From Rebecca billardiae RCC1528 (lineage: Eukaryota; Protista; Haptophyta): a stretch of DNA of 64,000 bases. Made by a program: the position numbers and the translations under genes. The stretch is from assembly GCA_965240325.2 (NCBI GenBank), contig OZ251233.1:372001-436000 (forward strand). Direction: 5' to 3'. Each line of letters begins with the position of its first letter. Positions within the stretch are counted from its first letter, which is position 1. Positions 35,923-48,700 of this stretch are shown here, piece after piece. Under the pieces are notes generated by a model, which had not been told where the DNA came from, made no database searches, and worked only from the letters and a program-made list of their open reading frames with translations.

Positions 35923-36309
35923 AGCAGCAACAGTGGCCTGCATGCCGCCGCGTAATATCTAGACGAGTGACGAGCCGTCAGTGTGGCGGCGGCGCCGGCG
36001 CGGAGGTCGTCCCGCGGGCAGCAGTCACTGTCTCAACGGTCTAGGCAGCATTAGCTGCCGCGCCGTACCATTGACGGCTCAGGGGCTACTGTCACTATAG
36101 TACTAGTCGTATAGAGTTACTGCTAGTGTTAGGGACCTAGGCCCTGGTAGGCCTATTGCTGTGTCTGTACAGTTACAGTAGCGGGCTACGGGCCTAGTAG
36201 GCCGGTCCGGACCCGACGACCGGCTGACGGCCGCGGTCCCGGGCGGCGGTCCGCTGATCGGCTGATCCGAGGACGACGGCCGCCCGCCGAATCATCCGCC
36301 ACATTCCGA

Positions 36310-37334
36310 TCACTTGATGCGAAGGTCGGTCTCCCAGAGCTTATACCTGGTCGCCTTCATCGCCTTGTACGCAATGTACATCGAGGAGAGCATGCTGACA
36401 AACATCCAGTTGGCGGCGTCCTTGCCGGCGGGCGCGTTGCCCGTCGCCATTTTTGGCAACCAGTTGCTGCGGTGGGCGGAGTCGGGGCGCGGGGTGGGTG
36501 GGCGAGCGATGCGAGCATCGTCAGCGCGCGGGCCGCAGACTTGTGCCAGGCCCGCGGCGCCCTCGCGCCCGCCTCGCGGTGGGGCGGTCGCACGCGCGCA
36601 CATGGCGATGAGCACGCCGGACATGTAGAAGAGGTACGTCATCATCTGCATGTGCATGTCGATCCAGCTGATGGGCGGTGGGGGCAGCAGTCGAGCAGGG
36701 GGCGGCGGCGGAGCGGTGGGGGGTGCGCGTGGAGGGAGGGCGGCGGGATCAACGTGAGCAGGGTGCGGGCAAGCGAGCGTCAACCAGCCACGGCAAGGCT
36801 GGCGGAGGCGCGGTCGACTGCGTTGCGCGTGCGCCCTCGCGCGTGCTGCGCGCACCGATAGCCCTTCACATACCACACGCCCAGGCACTGTAGCACGAGC
36901 TGGATCAGCCCAATCGCCATCATCAGGATCTTTGTGCCCAGGCCAGCATGGGAACCGCCGCCGAGGATGTACGCATATCCGGTGGACACCGAGCAGAAGC
37001 CGACAATCATGGCTGCCCAGCCGACGATCTTGTGGAGCCTGCGGTAGAGGTCGCCGTGCGACGGCGTGTGGTACAGGTTCCATACGCAGCACACGACGAA
37101 CAGGAAGGCCATCGGGATGTGCGTGTCCATCACGGCGCCATCGTTGCCCACGTGCGGGAAACCGAGCGTGGCCAAGAAGTAGATCACATAGATGGAGCTG
37201 AACAGCCAGAAGGGCGTGAGGTTGCCGCGAAGGAAGCGCACGACGGGGTGATATTGCCGCGTCGGCCGCACCGCCAGCTCACCCGCCTCCAGGGCTGTCG
37301 GCGTCGCGCCCTTGGTGGGGGTACCACTCTCCAT
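36310..37334 (-). CDS. DUF2306-like membrane protein (paralog B), 3 exons
   Basis: Introns 36668-36855 and 36467-36601. Shares GNLTP, WNLYHTPSHG, LHKIVGW, LGTKILMMAIGL, NWLPKM and NWMFVSMLS with paralog A. Confidence 0.85.
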
Positions 37335-37734
37335 CGGTTGGGGAGGGGGGCGGGCAAGATTTCGCCGCGGTCGTCGAACGGACGCGGGCCGAATTACCGT
37401 GAAGAACTCTATGGGTAAAACTCCATAGCCAACATAGTCATCAAGCGGTGTTAACCTTCGCTGAGAAGCCGAGCGCTCGGTCAACGATTATCGACGAACC
37501 TCTCCCGCTTGAAAATCTGAAGTTTCAGCTTGCGCAAATGAGTGAAATGACTATCACCTGGCTCTTGACGAAAAAACGCTCTGCGCCTCTGCCCATCATT
37601 TGGAAATTCTGAGGCTCGGTCGGTTGCAAGAGAGATGCTATCTCGGCCCGCACCCGCCAGGCCGCGGCGGTCCGGGAGCCACCCACCTCCCGGCTGCTCC
37701 GGACAGGCCGCATCCGTTTTTCCGGTGGTAGGAC

Positions 37735-39670
37735 CAAAGGAATCAAGGGGGTAGGACGGAAACGAGACTCCCGGACCCCCCAGCCGCTGGGGGGCCGTGT
37801 TTCGATCCGGTGCTGAGGTTGGAGCGCCCGGCGTCTCGAAGGCGCCCACCTGGCGCCCCTCCCCGAACCGACCCCCGCCGCCCGGCGGCGTCCTGCTGGG
37901 CGCACGAGCGCGAGCTGGCCGCTGGCGTGAAGCCGAGGTGGAGCCAACTCGTCCTTCAGCTCGCAGGCGGCCCGGCTCCTGCGACCGACCGCCCTGCGCG
38001 CGCATCCGCCTGCCTGCTTTGGTGCGGAGGCAAACCCGCACGACCCAGCCCGCCGCCGCCACGCGGCAGCCAGTCGGGGTGTCGTGTCGCGATTTGCGGG
38101 TGCGCACCCCGCGGGGCAGGTGGCACTGCCCCGCCCGGTCGCTTCTGATCAACGAAATTCCCTCGCAAGCGCCCGCGAACGTGGATCCTCGCCGCGGGCT
38201 CGCCAGGGCCCATGTGCGCGCCCGGGTGCCCCGGTCGAGCCAGTCTGGTGCGAGCACCGAACGATGGTGCGGGCCGGAAGGCGTGGTGCGCGACGTCACC
38301 GAGGCTGCGGGCCAGCTAGGCACCGCTTGCGCGCCTACCAGTAGCCTGTGGGCCGACCACGCGTTCAACCGTGCACCCGATGGCAGTCACGGTGCTCTGC
38401 GGCTGGAGCGCGCTGTGCGCTCAGGCGCGAGCGGCCGCCAAGTTGCCGGGTAGACGCGGTGCGCACGCTATGGCAGCTGCGGATCAGCGTCGCGCGAAGC
38501 TCTGCTGCCCCCACCTGAATGCTCGCAGCACCCACCACACGGCCAGCCGGCCGCGCGCGCCGCGCGGCCACCTCACCCGACGACTGCGAGCCTTGGGATA
38601 TTGTACTGTGTGCTCAACGTGAGACTCGAAGTCACGGCGCGAGAAAGCGCCGTAACATCTGCGCACTCTCGAGCTCTTTTTCATAGCCACACCACGTCCG
38701 GGAGACCGGAGAGGGAACGGACGAACAAGCTCAAGTCGATGATGATCTACCGCGCGCTAGAAGGCTACGTGTTGTCGGTTGTACGGCCGGCTGTGACGCC
38801 TCTGAATGAAGCTGATCCTGTGCGCGAATGAGGTGGCCACGCGGCGCGCGCGGCCGGCTGGCCGTGTGGTGGGTGCTGCGAGCATTCAGGTGGGGGCAGC
38901 AGAGCTTCGCGCGACGCTGATCCGCAGCTGCCATAGCGTGCGCACCGCGTCTACCCGGCAACTTGGCGGCCGCTCGCGCCTGAGCGCACAGCGCGCTCCA
39001 GCCGCAGAGCACCGTGACTGCCATCGGGTGCACGGTTGAACGCGTGGTCGGCCCACAGGCTACTGGTAGGCGCGCAAGCGGTGCCTAGCTGGCCCGCAGC
39101 CTCGGTGACGTCGCGCACCACGCCTTCCGGCCCGCACCATCGTTCGGTGCTCGCACCAGACTGGCTCGACCGGGGCACCCGGGCGCGCACATGGGCCCTG
39201 GCGAGCCCGCGGCGAGGATCCACGTTCGCGGGCGCTTGCGAGGGAATTTCGTTGATCAGAAGCGACCGGGCGGGGCAGTGCCACCTGCCCCGCGGGGTGC
39301 GCACCCGCAAATCGCGACACGACACCCCGACTGGCTGCCGCGTGGCGGCGGCGGGCTGGGTCGTGCGGGTTTGCCTCCGCACCAAAGCAGGCAGGCGGAT
39401 GCGCGCGCAGGGCGGTCGGTCGCAGGAGCCGGGCCGCCTGCGAGCTGAAGGACGAGTTGGCTCCACCTCGGCTTCACGCCAGCGGCCAGCTCACGCTCGT
39501 GCGCCCAGCAGGACGCCGCCGGGCGGCGGGGGTCGGTTCGGGGAGGGGCGCCAGGTGGGCGCCTTCGAGACGCCGGGCGCTCCAACCTCAGCACCGGATC
39601 GAAACACGGCCCCCCAGCGGCTGGGGGAGTCCGGGAGTCTCGTTTCCGTCCTACCCCCTTGATTCCTTTG
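37735..39670. mobile_element. Foldback non-autonomous P-superfamily (Galileo-like) element
   Basis: Near-identical inverted arms 37735-38575 and 38829-39670 with a 253-bp spacer. Termini CAAAGG...CCTTTG; 7-bp TSD GTAGGAC at 37728-37734 and 39671-39677. Confidence 0.9.
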
Positions 39671-39708
39671 GTAGGACTGGTGCGAATACAAAAAGCTGGC
39701 CATCAGCG

Positions 39709-42700
39709 ATGGCGGGGCAGACTGTGAGGCCCAGCCAAACCGCCGGCGAAGCGGAGGAGCCCGCAGAGGAGGCCTGGCTCGCCGATGCCGCCGGCGAGGT
39801 GGCCTCCCCGCCAGGCGTGGCCTCGGGCCGCCCGTCCCACCCCGACAGTTCGCACGACGCGCCGGTCGAGGAGGACGCCGCGCTGCAGGCGATGCTGCGC
39901 GCAGACGAGCAGCAGGCGGCGCAGGCGCACAGCCGCAGCGCGCGCTCGCCGAGGGCGGCGCCCGTCGAGGAGGAGGTGATGCCCGGCGCGTCCCCGCGCG
40001 CAGACGGACCGGCTGCAGGCGCCGCCGCGCTCGCCGCCCCGCAGGACCCCCTGGGCCCAGCCGCGCGCGCGTCGTCGCATTCGCTCCTCGGCGCGGCGGC
40101 GACGGTTGCCGCCGACAGGGTGGCCGAGGCGTCCTTCGGCGGCTGGGGCGAGGAGGGCGAGCAGGACGGGCTGGTCGAGGCGGCACAACTCGCCGCGAGC
40201 GCCGCCGCGGCCGACGCCGCCGCGCAGCTGCAGCCCCCTCGCCAGGGCGCGGGCGGCGCGAGCACGCAGCGCACCTCGCCGCTCAAGCCGTCGCCGCGCG
40301 CCCGCGCGGCTGCCGCCACGACTGCCGCGGCGCAGCCGGGCGGCGGGCCGAGCGCGAGTGGCGCCGGCGCTGGGCCGGCGCGCCGTGCCGGCGCGCAGCC
40401 GGCCCCGACCGAGCAGCGCCAGCCGGCCAAGCCCAGCGCCGCGCGCCCCGGTCGCTTGCCCGCGCAGCCGGCGGCCGGCGGCGCGCAGCAGCCGGGCGCA
40501 GCCGGCGGCGCGCCGGCGGAGGCGCGCGCGGCGCCGGCACGGGCCGAGCCAGCCGCGGCGGCGGGCGCGGGCGCGCGCGCTGCCAGCGCACTCGCCGCCG
40601 CGGAGCGCTCTCGACCCGGCTCCAGCCGCACGCCGCCGAGCGCCAGCGCCACCGCTACCGCCGCCGCCGCCGCCGCCGCTCCTCCCGCCGAGGCGACGAC
40701 GGCGGCCGACGCCCGCGGCACGCGCGCCGTGCCGACGGCCGCTGCGGCGGGCGGCGCGGCGGAGGCGGCGCGTCCGGCCGGCGCGGCCGGCGTGGGCGCG
40801 GCCGGCGCGGCGGCGGAGGCCCAGCCGCAGCCGGCTCCGCGGGCTGAGCCCCCGTCCGAGCCTGCGTCGGTCCTGCCCGCGCGCGCCGCACCGTTGGGCT
40901 CGGCGGCAGCGAGCGCAGGGCACGCGCCCGCGCGGCCTGGCGGCAGCGACGGGCCTGCTGCGGCGGCGGCGGCCGCGGCGGCAGCGGCGGCGGCGGAGGG
41001 CGACACGCCGCCGGCCGCCGCCGCGCCGCCGAAGAGGAAGGGCAAGGCCGGTGCCGCGGGCAAGGGTGCGCGCCACGCCGAGCATTGCGCCCGCCGCGCC
41101 CGCCGCGCCCGCCGCGCCCGCCGCCGCGCGGCGCGCGGCGCGCGCACTCCGCGGCGCGCGCCGCTCATCGCCGCCACGCCCGCTCCCGCCGCGCGCGCGC
41201 GCCGCTCGGTCGCGCGCAGGCGGCGCTCGGTCGCGCGGCCGACGGCGCGTCTCGCCCGAGGCGGAGCCGCCGTTTGCGCACGTGCCGCCGGGCGCACGCG
41301 TCGACGAGTACGGCGCCGCGTGGGCGGAGCAGGAGGCGCGCGAGCGCGCCAAAAAGGCCTCGGCGAAGAAGCGCGTCTCGTCGCGGCTGCGGAACGAATC
41401 CGCTTCGGCCGCGCTCGCCGAGTACGTCGCGCGGCGCGAGCAGGCGCGGATGCGCGCGCACTGGCCGAGGCGGCACCGCGCGGCCGCGGTCGCCGCGTAC
41501 AACGCTGCGCTCGGCGAGGCGGCCGCGGCGGGCGGCGACGGCAGCGCCGCGTCACGCTCGGAGCACGGCGGCGCGGCGGTGTCTGGGATGATCCGGCTGG
41601 ACGGCTCGCCGCCGCAGCCGCGCGCGGGCGGCGGGGCGGCGGGCCTGCCGCCGCTGCGCGCGGGCGCGGGCGCGGCGGGGAGCGGCGCGGCAGTGGCGCG
41701 CGCGCGCCGCGCCGCGCGCGGCCTCGGCGGCGCGCCCGGCCGCGCCACCTTCGCCGTGGCGAGCGAGCTGCCCGAGCGCTCGCCGCCGCTCGGCCTGCCG
41801 CCGTCGCCGTCCGCGCGCTCCAACCCGACCGGCCGCACGCCGCACACCGGCCCGCGCGCGCGGCGCGGCCGGGCCGCGGCCGGCGGCGCGCGCGGCGGCG
41901 CGGAGGGCGGCAGCGGCGGCAGCTCGCCCGTGCGGCTGCCCGCGCTCGGCGCCGCCGGCCCGGGCTCGCCCGGCCAGCAGCAGCACGCGCTCGCGCGCAC
42001 GGCGTGGCGACCGGACGATCTGTCCACCTCGCCCGTCGGCGCGCCGCGTCAGCCCGGCGGCGCTGGCTCGGGGCTTGACGCGCGCGCGGAGGCGCACGCG
42101 CGCGCGCGCGCCGAGCTGCTGCAGGCGCGGCTCGAGCGCCTCGCCGCCGCGCGCGAGGCGTCGATCTCGCGCGCGCGGCACGTCGTCACCGACTTCATCG
42201 ACGCGGAGGAGCGGCTGGAGGCATTGCGGCCCACCGCCAACGCGCGCACCGAGCAACTGCGCTACGCGCGCGAGCTCGGCCGCGCCAAGCGCGCGCTCGC
42301 GACACAGCTGGGCTTCATCCGCGCGCAGGGCGTCGAGCTGGCCGAGGCCGCGGCCGAGCTGCGCCTCGTGCTGCTCCGCCGCCCGCGGCCGGGCGCGGAC
42401 GGGCCGGGCTCGGGCGCGCGCGCCCGCCCCAAGCCCCTCTCCGCGAGCGCCGCGGCCGAGGCGTCGGCGGCGGTGCTTGCAGCCGCCGCGCCCGACGGCT
42501 CGCAGGCGGAGGAGGCGACCGCGCCGCCCTTCGAGTGGGAGGGGGAGGCGTACGTGGCGCGGATGCTCGCCGACCTCGGCTTCCTCGCCTCGACCGACGC
42601 GCTCGGCCGCTGGCTCACGCCGCCCGCGCAGCTCGAGGCGGCGGTCAGCGCGGCGCTCGACGAGATCGCGATCTCGGGCAAGGCGGAGCCCGACCCACTC

Positions 42701-45700
42701 GCCCGATCAGACGCGGAGCGCGCGGCGGCGCGCGGCGCGGCGGAGGCGGCGGTGAGCGCGCTCGGGCCGTTCCTCCTCCCGCCGGCCGACGCGGACCACG
42801 CGCCCGCCGGCGGCGGCGGCCGCGCCGCGCTGTTCCGGCAGCGCCGCGTGGCCGGCGCCGCGGCGGACGCGTCGGGCGCGGGCGGCACGCTCCACTACGC
42901 GCCGGCGCTGAGCGCGGCCGAGCGGCTGCGCGCGGAGGCGGCGCACGCGTTCGTGCTGGCGGAGGCGGCGCGCGCGGCGCAGCGCGTGGTCGCCGCCACC
43001 TCCGCCGCGCGCGCCGCGCACGAGGACGCGGCGCACGAGGCGCAGCTCTCCGCGCTCGCGCTGTCGCAGCTCTCGCCCGCGCGCCAGATCCAGCCGCCGC
43101 GCGCGCGCGCTGCACACGAGGCGTCGCCGTCTGAGACGGAGACGGGCGTGCTCGGTGCGCGCGCGGTGGAGGGCGGGGGTGCGAGGGGCGGCGCCGAGCT
43201 GCCCGCGCTCGGGGGCCGCGCGAAGCCCGCGCCCAGGCCTGAGCACGCCGCGCAGCCCACGCACAGCACCCACGGCCTCCCCCTCACCACCACGCTCTCG
43301 GGGCCGGCGGCGCGCGCCAAGCACGGCGGCGCTAAGCGCGGCGGCGCGCCGAGTGAGACGCGTGGCGGTGGCGGCGGCGCACCCGAGGGCGTCGCTGGCA
43401 CGCCGCCGCCCGCCGTGCCCGCCAGCATCCGCGCGCCCGACGACGAGCCGCCGGCCGCGCGGCGCGCGGCGGGCGCGGCTCTCGGCCTGCGCGCGCACGA
43501 CTCGCCGGCAGCGGGCGGCACCTCACAGGCGGATGACGACGAGGAGGAGGAGGAGGTGGGCATTGATGGGCGGTTTGCAAACGCGCGCTCGCCGGCCGTC
43601 CTGCGCGGGCGGCTGCACGGCGCCGAGTCGGCGGAGGCCGACCTGGACGGCGAGATGGCGTCTCCCGAGCCCGCGTCGCAGCGGGAGGGGGTCGTCGCCT
43701 TCGCGCCGTCCGCCACCGTGCCGACGGGCGCGGCTGGCGCTGAGCGCTCGCCGCCGCGCGTGCCAGCGCCGGCCGCCGACGCCGACGCGGCCGCCGAGCC
43801 CGACGCCGCCGACGACGACATGGGCTCGGACGCGGGGCCCGCGCTCGAGCCGCACGCGCGCGATGCGGACGACTACGACCCGCTCGCGAGCGCGCAGCAC
43901 GGCGCGGGCGCGGCGCCAGCGGCTGCCGCAGCGGACGGCGCGGGCGAGGCGAGCGCGCGCGTGCACGCGCACGCGCCCAGCGGCGCGCCCGGCGCCGCAG
44001 CACTCGGCGCGCCCCACGACGCGGAGGACGAGGAGGACGAGCTCGCGCCGTTCGCCGCGATCGAGCAGGGCACGCCCACCGTCGGCCGTGACGCGCGCGG
44101 CGAGTTCGTCGGCACGCAGTCGATGCGGTGGAAGCGGCCGCCCGCCGAAGCCGAGGACTCGGCCGGCGGCGAGGCCTCGCCGTTCGGCTTCGCCAGCGAC
44201 ATCTTCGACTCGCCCACCAAGCTCGGCCGCTCGCGCTCGTCCAACTCGGCGTCGGTGCGCGGCTCGGCGGACTCGCCGCTGCCGCCCGCCATGCGGCTGC
44301 CGCCGCCGCCGGACGCGGCGTCCTTCTTCGACGAGGACGACGAGCGCGCGACCGCCGAGCGGCGCGCGGCGGACGCGGCGGCGGATGCGCACGCGTTCGA
44401 GCTCGGCCTGCTCTCCGACCTCGCCTTCGCGCAGATGCAGCCGCCGCAGCCGGCGGACGCGCACGGCGGCGCCGAGCTGCTCGATGAGCACGGCCAGCCG
44501 CTCGTGCCGGCCGAGGACGGCATGGGCGGGCTGAGCGAGGACGAGCTGCGCGCCGCGCTCTACTACCTGGGCGGGGCGGCCGCGTACATCCAGGCGCACG
44601 CGCGCGGGATGGTCGACCGGCGGCGCGTGGCGGCGCACGTGGCGGCGGCGCGCCGAGGGCCGCGGCGCGAGGATGCGCCAAGCCCTGCCGCGCCCGCGCC
44701 CGACGCCAAGCCCGACACCGCGGCAGGTGTGCCCGCTGCGGACGTCGGTGCCGCCGCACACGCAGAGGGTGCGCCTGCCGCCGCGCCCGCGGACGCACTC
44801 GCGGCGGGCGCTGCCGACGAGGGAGCGCACACCGCCGCCGCACCGGCTGTCGGAGCCGGAGCGAGCAAGGGCGGCTCGGACGACGCGCCGTGGCGCGCGG
44901 ATGGGGCGGCCGCCGCGCCCGCGGATGCGGAGCTGGCCGGTATGGCGGACGACTTGCAGCAGCAGGCGGCTCGCATCCAAGCAGCAGCGCGCGGGCGGCA
45001 GACGCGGCGAGCACTTGCCGGCGACGCCGACGACGCGGCCGCCGCGCCCGCGGATGCGGAGCTGGCCGGTATGGCGGACGACTTGCAGCAGCAGGCGGCT
45101 CGCATCCAAGCAGCAGCGCGCGGGCGGCAGACGCGGCGAGCACTCGCCGGCGGTGCTGACGACGCGGCTGACGCGGCCGCCGCGCCCGCGGATGCGGAGC
45201 TGGCCGGTATGGCGGACGACTTGCAGCAGCAGGCGGCTCGCATCCAAGCAGCAGCGCGCGGCCGGCAGACGCGGCGAGCACTCGCCGACGGTTCTGACGA
45301 CGCGGCAGACGCGGCCGCCGCGCCCGCGGATGCGGAGCTGGCCGGTATGGCGGACGACTTGCAGCAGCAGGCGGCTCGCATCCAGGCAGCAGCGCGCGGG
45401 CGGCAGACGCGGCGAGCACTCGCGGACGGTGCTGACGACGCGGCCGACGCGGCAGATGCGCCCGCGGATGCGGAGCTGGCCGGTATGGCGGACGACTTGC
45501 AGCAGCAGGCGGCTCGCATCCAAGCAGCAGCGCGCGGGCGGCAGACGCGGCGAGCACTCGCCGGCGGTGCTGACGACGCGGCTGACGCAGCCGCCGCGCC
45601 CGCGGATGCGGAGCTGGCCGGTATGGCGGACGACTTGCAGCAGCAGGCGGCTCGCATCCAAGCAGCAGCGCGCGGGCGGCAGACGCGGCGAGCACTCGCC

Positions 45701-48700
45701 GACGGTTCTGACGACGCGGCCGCCGCGCCCGCGGATGCGGAGCTGGCCGGTATGGCGGACGACTTGCAGCAGCAGGCGGCTCGCATCCAAGCAGCAGCGC
45801 GCGGGCGGCAGACGCGGCGAGCACTCGCCGGCGGTGCTGACGACGCGGCTGACGCGGCCGCCGCGCCCGCGGATGCGGAGCTGGCCGGTATGGCGGACGA
45901 CTTGCAGCAGCAGGCGGCTCGCATCCAAGCAGCAGCGCGCGGGCGGCAGACGCGGCGAGCACTCGCCGGCGGTGCTGACGACGCGGCTGACGCGGCCGCC
46001 GCGCCCGCGGATGCGGAGCTGGCCGGTATGGCGGACGACTTGCAGCAGCAGGCGGCTCGCATCCAAGCAGCAGCGCGCGGCCGGCAGACGCGGCGAGCAC
46101 TCGCCGGCGGTGCTGACGACGCGGCAGACGCGGCCGCCGCGCCCGCGGATGCGGAGCTGGCCGGTATGGCGGACGACTTGCAGCAGCAGGCGGCTCGCAT
46201 CCAGGCAGCAGCGCGCGGGCGGCAGACGCGGCGAGCACTCGCTGACGGTGCCGACGACGCGGCTGACGCGCCCGCGGATGCGGAGCTGGCCGGTATGGCG
46301 GACGACTTGCAGCAGCAGGCGGCTCGCATCCAAGCAGCAGCGCGCGGGCGGCAGACGCGGCGAGCACTCGCCGGCGAAGCCGACAACGCGGCTGACGCGG
46401 CCGCCGCGCCCGCGGATGCGGAGCTGGCCGGTATGGCGGACGACTTGCAGCAGCAGGCGGCTCGCATCCAAGCAGCAGCGCGCGGGCGGCAGACGCGGCG
46501 AGCACTCGCCGGCGGTGCTGACGACGCGGCTGACGCGGCCGCCGCGCCCGCGGATGCGGAGCTGGCCGGTATGGCGGACGACTTGCAGCAGCAGGCGGCT
46601 CGCATCCAAGCAGCAGCGCGCGGGCGGCAGACGCGGCGAGCACTCGCCGGCGGTGCTGACGACGCGGCTGACGCGGCCGCCGCGCCCGCGGATGCGGAGC
46701 TGGCCGGTATGGCGGACGACTTGCAGCAGCAGGCGGCTCGCATCCAAGCAGCAGCGCGCGGCCGGCAGACGCGGCGAGCACTCGCCGGCGGTGCTGACGA
46801 CGCGGCAGACGCGGCCGCCGCGCCCGCGGATGCGGAGCTGGCCGGTATGGCGGACGACTTGCAGCAGCAGGCGGCTCGCATCCAGGCAGCAGCGCGCGGG
46901 CGGCAGACGCGGCGAGCACTCGCTGACGGTGCCGACGACGCGGCTGACGCGCCCGCGGATGCAGAGCTGGCCGGTATGGCGGACGACTTGCAGCAGCAGG
47001 CGGCTCGCATCCAAGCAGCAGCGCGCGGGCGGCAGACGCGGCGAGCACTCGCCGGCGAAGCCGACAACGCGGCTGACGCGGCCGCCGCGCCCGCGGATGC
47101 GGAGCTGGCCGGTATGGCGGACGACTTGCAGCAGCAGGCGGCTCGCATCCAGGCAGCAGCGCGCGGGCGGCAGACGCGGCGAGCACTCGCTGACGGTGCT
47201 GACGACGCGGCCGACGCGGCAGATGCGCCCGCGGATGCGGAGCTGGCCGGTATGGCGGACGACTTGCAGCAGCAGGCGGCTCGCATCCAAGCAGCAGCGC
47301 GCGGGCGGCAGACGCGGCGAGCACTCGCTGACGGTGCTGACGACGCGGCCGACGCGGCAGATGCGCCCGCGGATGCGGAGCTGGCCGGTATGGCGGACGA
47401 CTTGCAGCAGCAGGCGGCTCGCATCCAAGCAGCAGCGCGGGGGCGGCAGACGCGGCGAGCACTCGCCGGCGGTGCTGACGACGCGGCTGACGCAGCCGCC
47501 GCGCCCGCGGATGCGGAGCTGGCCGGTATGGCGGACGACTTGCAGCAGCAGGCGGCTCGCATCCAGGCAGCAGCGCGCGGGCGGCAGACGCGGCGAGCAC
47601 TCGCTGACGGTGCCGACGACGCGGCTGACGCGCCCGCGGATGCAGAGCTGGCCGGTATGGCGGACGACTTGCAGCAGCAGGCGGCTCGCATCCAGGCAGC
47701 AGCGCGCGGGCGGCAGACGCGGCGAGCACTCGCTGACGGTGCCGACGACGCGGCTGACGCGCCCGCGGATGCAGAGCTGGCCGGTATGGCGGACGACTTG
47801 CAGCAGCAGGCGGCTCGCATCCAGGCAGCAGCGCGCGGGCGGCAGACGCGGCGAGCACTCGCGGACGGTGCTGACGACGCGGCCGACGCGGCAGATGCGC
47901 CCGCGGATGCGGAGCTGGCCGGTATGGCGGACGACTTGCAGCAGCAGGCGGCTCGCATCCAGGCAGCAGCGCGCGGGCGGCAGACGCGGCGAGCACTCGC
48001 TGACGGTGCCGACGACGCGGCTGACGCGCCCGCGGATGCAGAGCTGGCCGGTATGGCGGACGACTTGCAGCAGCAGGCGGCTCGCATCCAAGCAGCAGCG
48101 CGGGGGCGGCAGACGCGGCGAGCACTCGCCGGCGGTGCTGACGACGCGGCTGACGCAGCCGCCGCGCCCGCGGATGCGGAGCTGGCCGGTATGGCGGACG
48201 ACTTGCAGCAGCAGGCGGCTCGCATCCAGGCAGCAGCGCGCGGGCGGCAGACGCGGCGAGCACTCGCTGACGGTGCCGACGACGCGGCTGACGCGCCCGC
48301 GGATGCAGAGCTGGCCGGTATGGCGGACGACTTGCAGCAGCAGGCGGCTCGCATCCAGGCAGCAGCGCGCGGGCGGCAGACGCGGCGAGCACTCGCTGAC
48401 GGTGCTGACGACGCGGCCGACGCGGCAGATGCGCCCGCGGATGCGGAGCTGGCCGGTATGGCGGACGACTTGCAGCAGCAGGCGGCTCGCATCCAGGCAG
48501 CAGCGCGCGGGCGGCAGACGCGGCGAGCACTCGCTGACGGTTCTGACGACGCGGCCGCCGCGCCCGCGGATGCAGAGCTGGCCGGTATGGCGGACGACTT
48601 GCAGCAGCAGGCGGCTCGCATCCAGGCAGCAGCGCGCGGGCGGCAGACGCGGCGAGCACTCGCCGGCGGTGCTGACGACGCGGCTGACGCGGCCGCCGCG

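Noticed and set aside
37481-39662. Mirror-image ORF pairs (295/208 aa etc.)
   Set aside because: By-products of the foldback inverted arms; no protein-like composition.
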